Below are positions 62,240-64,000 of a stretch of 64,000 bases of DNA, one piece after another (the stretch's first letter is position 1; every line of letters starts with the position of its first letter). The translations under genes and the position numbers were made by a program. Origin of the DNA: Zootoca vivipara (taxonomy: Eukaryota); the NCBI RefSeq assembly GCF_963506605.1, contig NC_083277.1, forward strand, positions 81,964,001 through 82,028,000. The letters run 5' to 3'. The notes under the pieces are model-generated. The model worked only from the letters and a program-made list of their open reading frames with translations. It was not told the DNA's origin and made no database searches.

Positions 62240-64000
62240 GCGCCTGCAGAGGAAGGGGGTGAGACAGGACCAGTACATCTTGGAAGGAAAACATTGGTGC
62301 TATGTAAACTTGAGTTGCACCTGCCACCATAGAAAGGAGCTCAATGAAGCAATTCCTTGCCCAATAGCTTGGACAAAAACAAATCCCTCATAGATTTTTC
62401 TTTTTTTTCTTTTTAACGTTTAAAACATGGGTGCCTTTCCTGCAGAAGCAAGATTTTTCTGAGAAGAAATGCAAAAATATACCTCACAATTCAAGATGCT
62501 ACTTTTGCAAGAGTGACTTACTGAATTTGGGGTGGGGTGGGGAGGGGAATGTAGACGCGTCCCTTTCCTCGCCTTGCTTCCGTCCTCCATAGAAGGGGTG
62601 CCAATGAACTTGAAATAAATAACACTGTAATTAAAAGCAGTACTCTGAAAGGCAGAAACCTGGAGAAACTTCTGGCCATAAGATATACTTGTATGATGGC
62701 TCCCCCGTGAACACTGTTTATAGTGGCAGCTCATAACACTGGAGCCTTGTGTTGACACTAACAAGGCTTGATACCTCTGAAATTGTCACTGGAATTTTTT
62801 TAATGAAGAATGTTCCTTGCTGTGCTTTGACTGGAATTTTCAGAGAACAAGACTTTAAACTTGGAACACAAGACTTTAAACTTGGAACACAAGTCAAACC
62901 ACTTTTGCCTTAATTTGTCTGGTGAGACATCAGTAGACAAAACACCACTTGGGCCTCCAGTTTATCGTATTTTTCTTAAAATGTAATCTTAACTTTACCT
63001 CTAAAATATTTTAAATGCTGCTGCCTTAAGTAACTAAAATACCATTTTATGGGAAAAAATGGTTTACAACTTACGTCAGGGATTAATGTTTACTTGAAAA
63101 CAATTCATTGTCAAAATGTTCTTAATATTGCAGGAATCACTGCCTTTTAGTGTGGTATGTTTGGTCTTGCAGTTTGAGTTAGTAATCTAAATATGGACAA
63201 GTGTGTGTGTGTGTGTGTGGAAGCAGTTGATTTTTTTAAAAAAAGGGATCCATGAGTAAGGGAACCTGAGGTAACCTTGGAAACTGGTCAGTCTTAAAAG
63301 CTGCAGCCCTTGAACCAGAGTTGAGGCTGTTCATTTACAGCCTGCATAGACATTAGGCTACCGTTTACTTTAAGCAAAGGCCTACTGATAATTTTTTAAA
63401 AAATCACAATGTCACTTAATAGAGACACCATTTTAGCTCTTGTACATTCAATGGCTTATTCTCTCCCCCCCCCCCTGTTCCCCCATTACTTGAGTGCGGA
63501 GCCACACATGGTGGAGAAAGCAAAAGATTCTGAAGCCTGTGTTTTACTGTGTAAACCAAATCCTGAGCTGTAGTGAGGCACCTGCTGCTTACCCCACCTA
63601 CCAGTTCCCCCATGCAAATGCTACTCCCAAGCCATTCACATTTCTTCCCCATTTCCTAAGAGGTACCAAAATCAAAAGTGAAGCCTGTCTGATGGGGAAA
63701 CAGCTGATGTTGAGGCAGATGTAGAAGGAAAACTCAGTTGATGTGTGACAAGTACTCGACCCAGCCACTTAGATTTTATTCCTACTCCACATTTGCAGTA
63801 CCTCTGCAAATGCAGATTTGGGAATGGAGGGTTTGCCAGATTAACATGATGTTTTGCCTTAAGTCCCATTGATTTATTGCAGTTTAGTTCCACTTATCTG
63901 TATTTCAGGATCATGATCTTAACGATACTGGTGCGATTAAGCTTCCCGCAGGATTTCTGTGTGTTTGGTCTTTTGAAGATTCCTGCTAGAATATGAAGTG

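Overview
Vertebrate nuclear DNA, most likely from a squamate (lizard), inferred from Sauria SINE, BovB and lizard-type MITEs. It holds the conserved block PTTG1(-) / SLU7(+) / C1QTNF2(+) / CCNJL(+). I reconstructed all coding exons by hand with GT-AG junctions and consistent phases. An intact, TSD-flanked RPL36A retrocopy lies between C1QTNF2 and CCNJL. The most notable structure is a very young 6.2-kb Penelope-like retroelement (Neptune-type; RT plus GIY-YIG) in a CCNJL intron. It consists of 1.5 tandem copies of a 3030-bp unit, followed by an inverted half copy, flanked by a 13-bp TSD. Each pseudo-LTR carries a minimal hammerhead ribozyme. Three small fold-back derivatives of the same pseudo-LTR (about 7.1, 35.7 and 46.6 kb) share the 'two 3' ends facing outward' design, with inversion junctions at the ribozyme; two have clear TSDs. 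Together they suggest twin-primed, possibly rolling-circle, reverse transcription of a ribozyme-processed RNA. This mechanism is inference. The rest is a typical repeat landscape: hAT and Tc/Mariner MITEs, solo LTRs, LINE fragments and a fossil hAT transposase.
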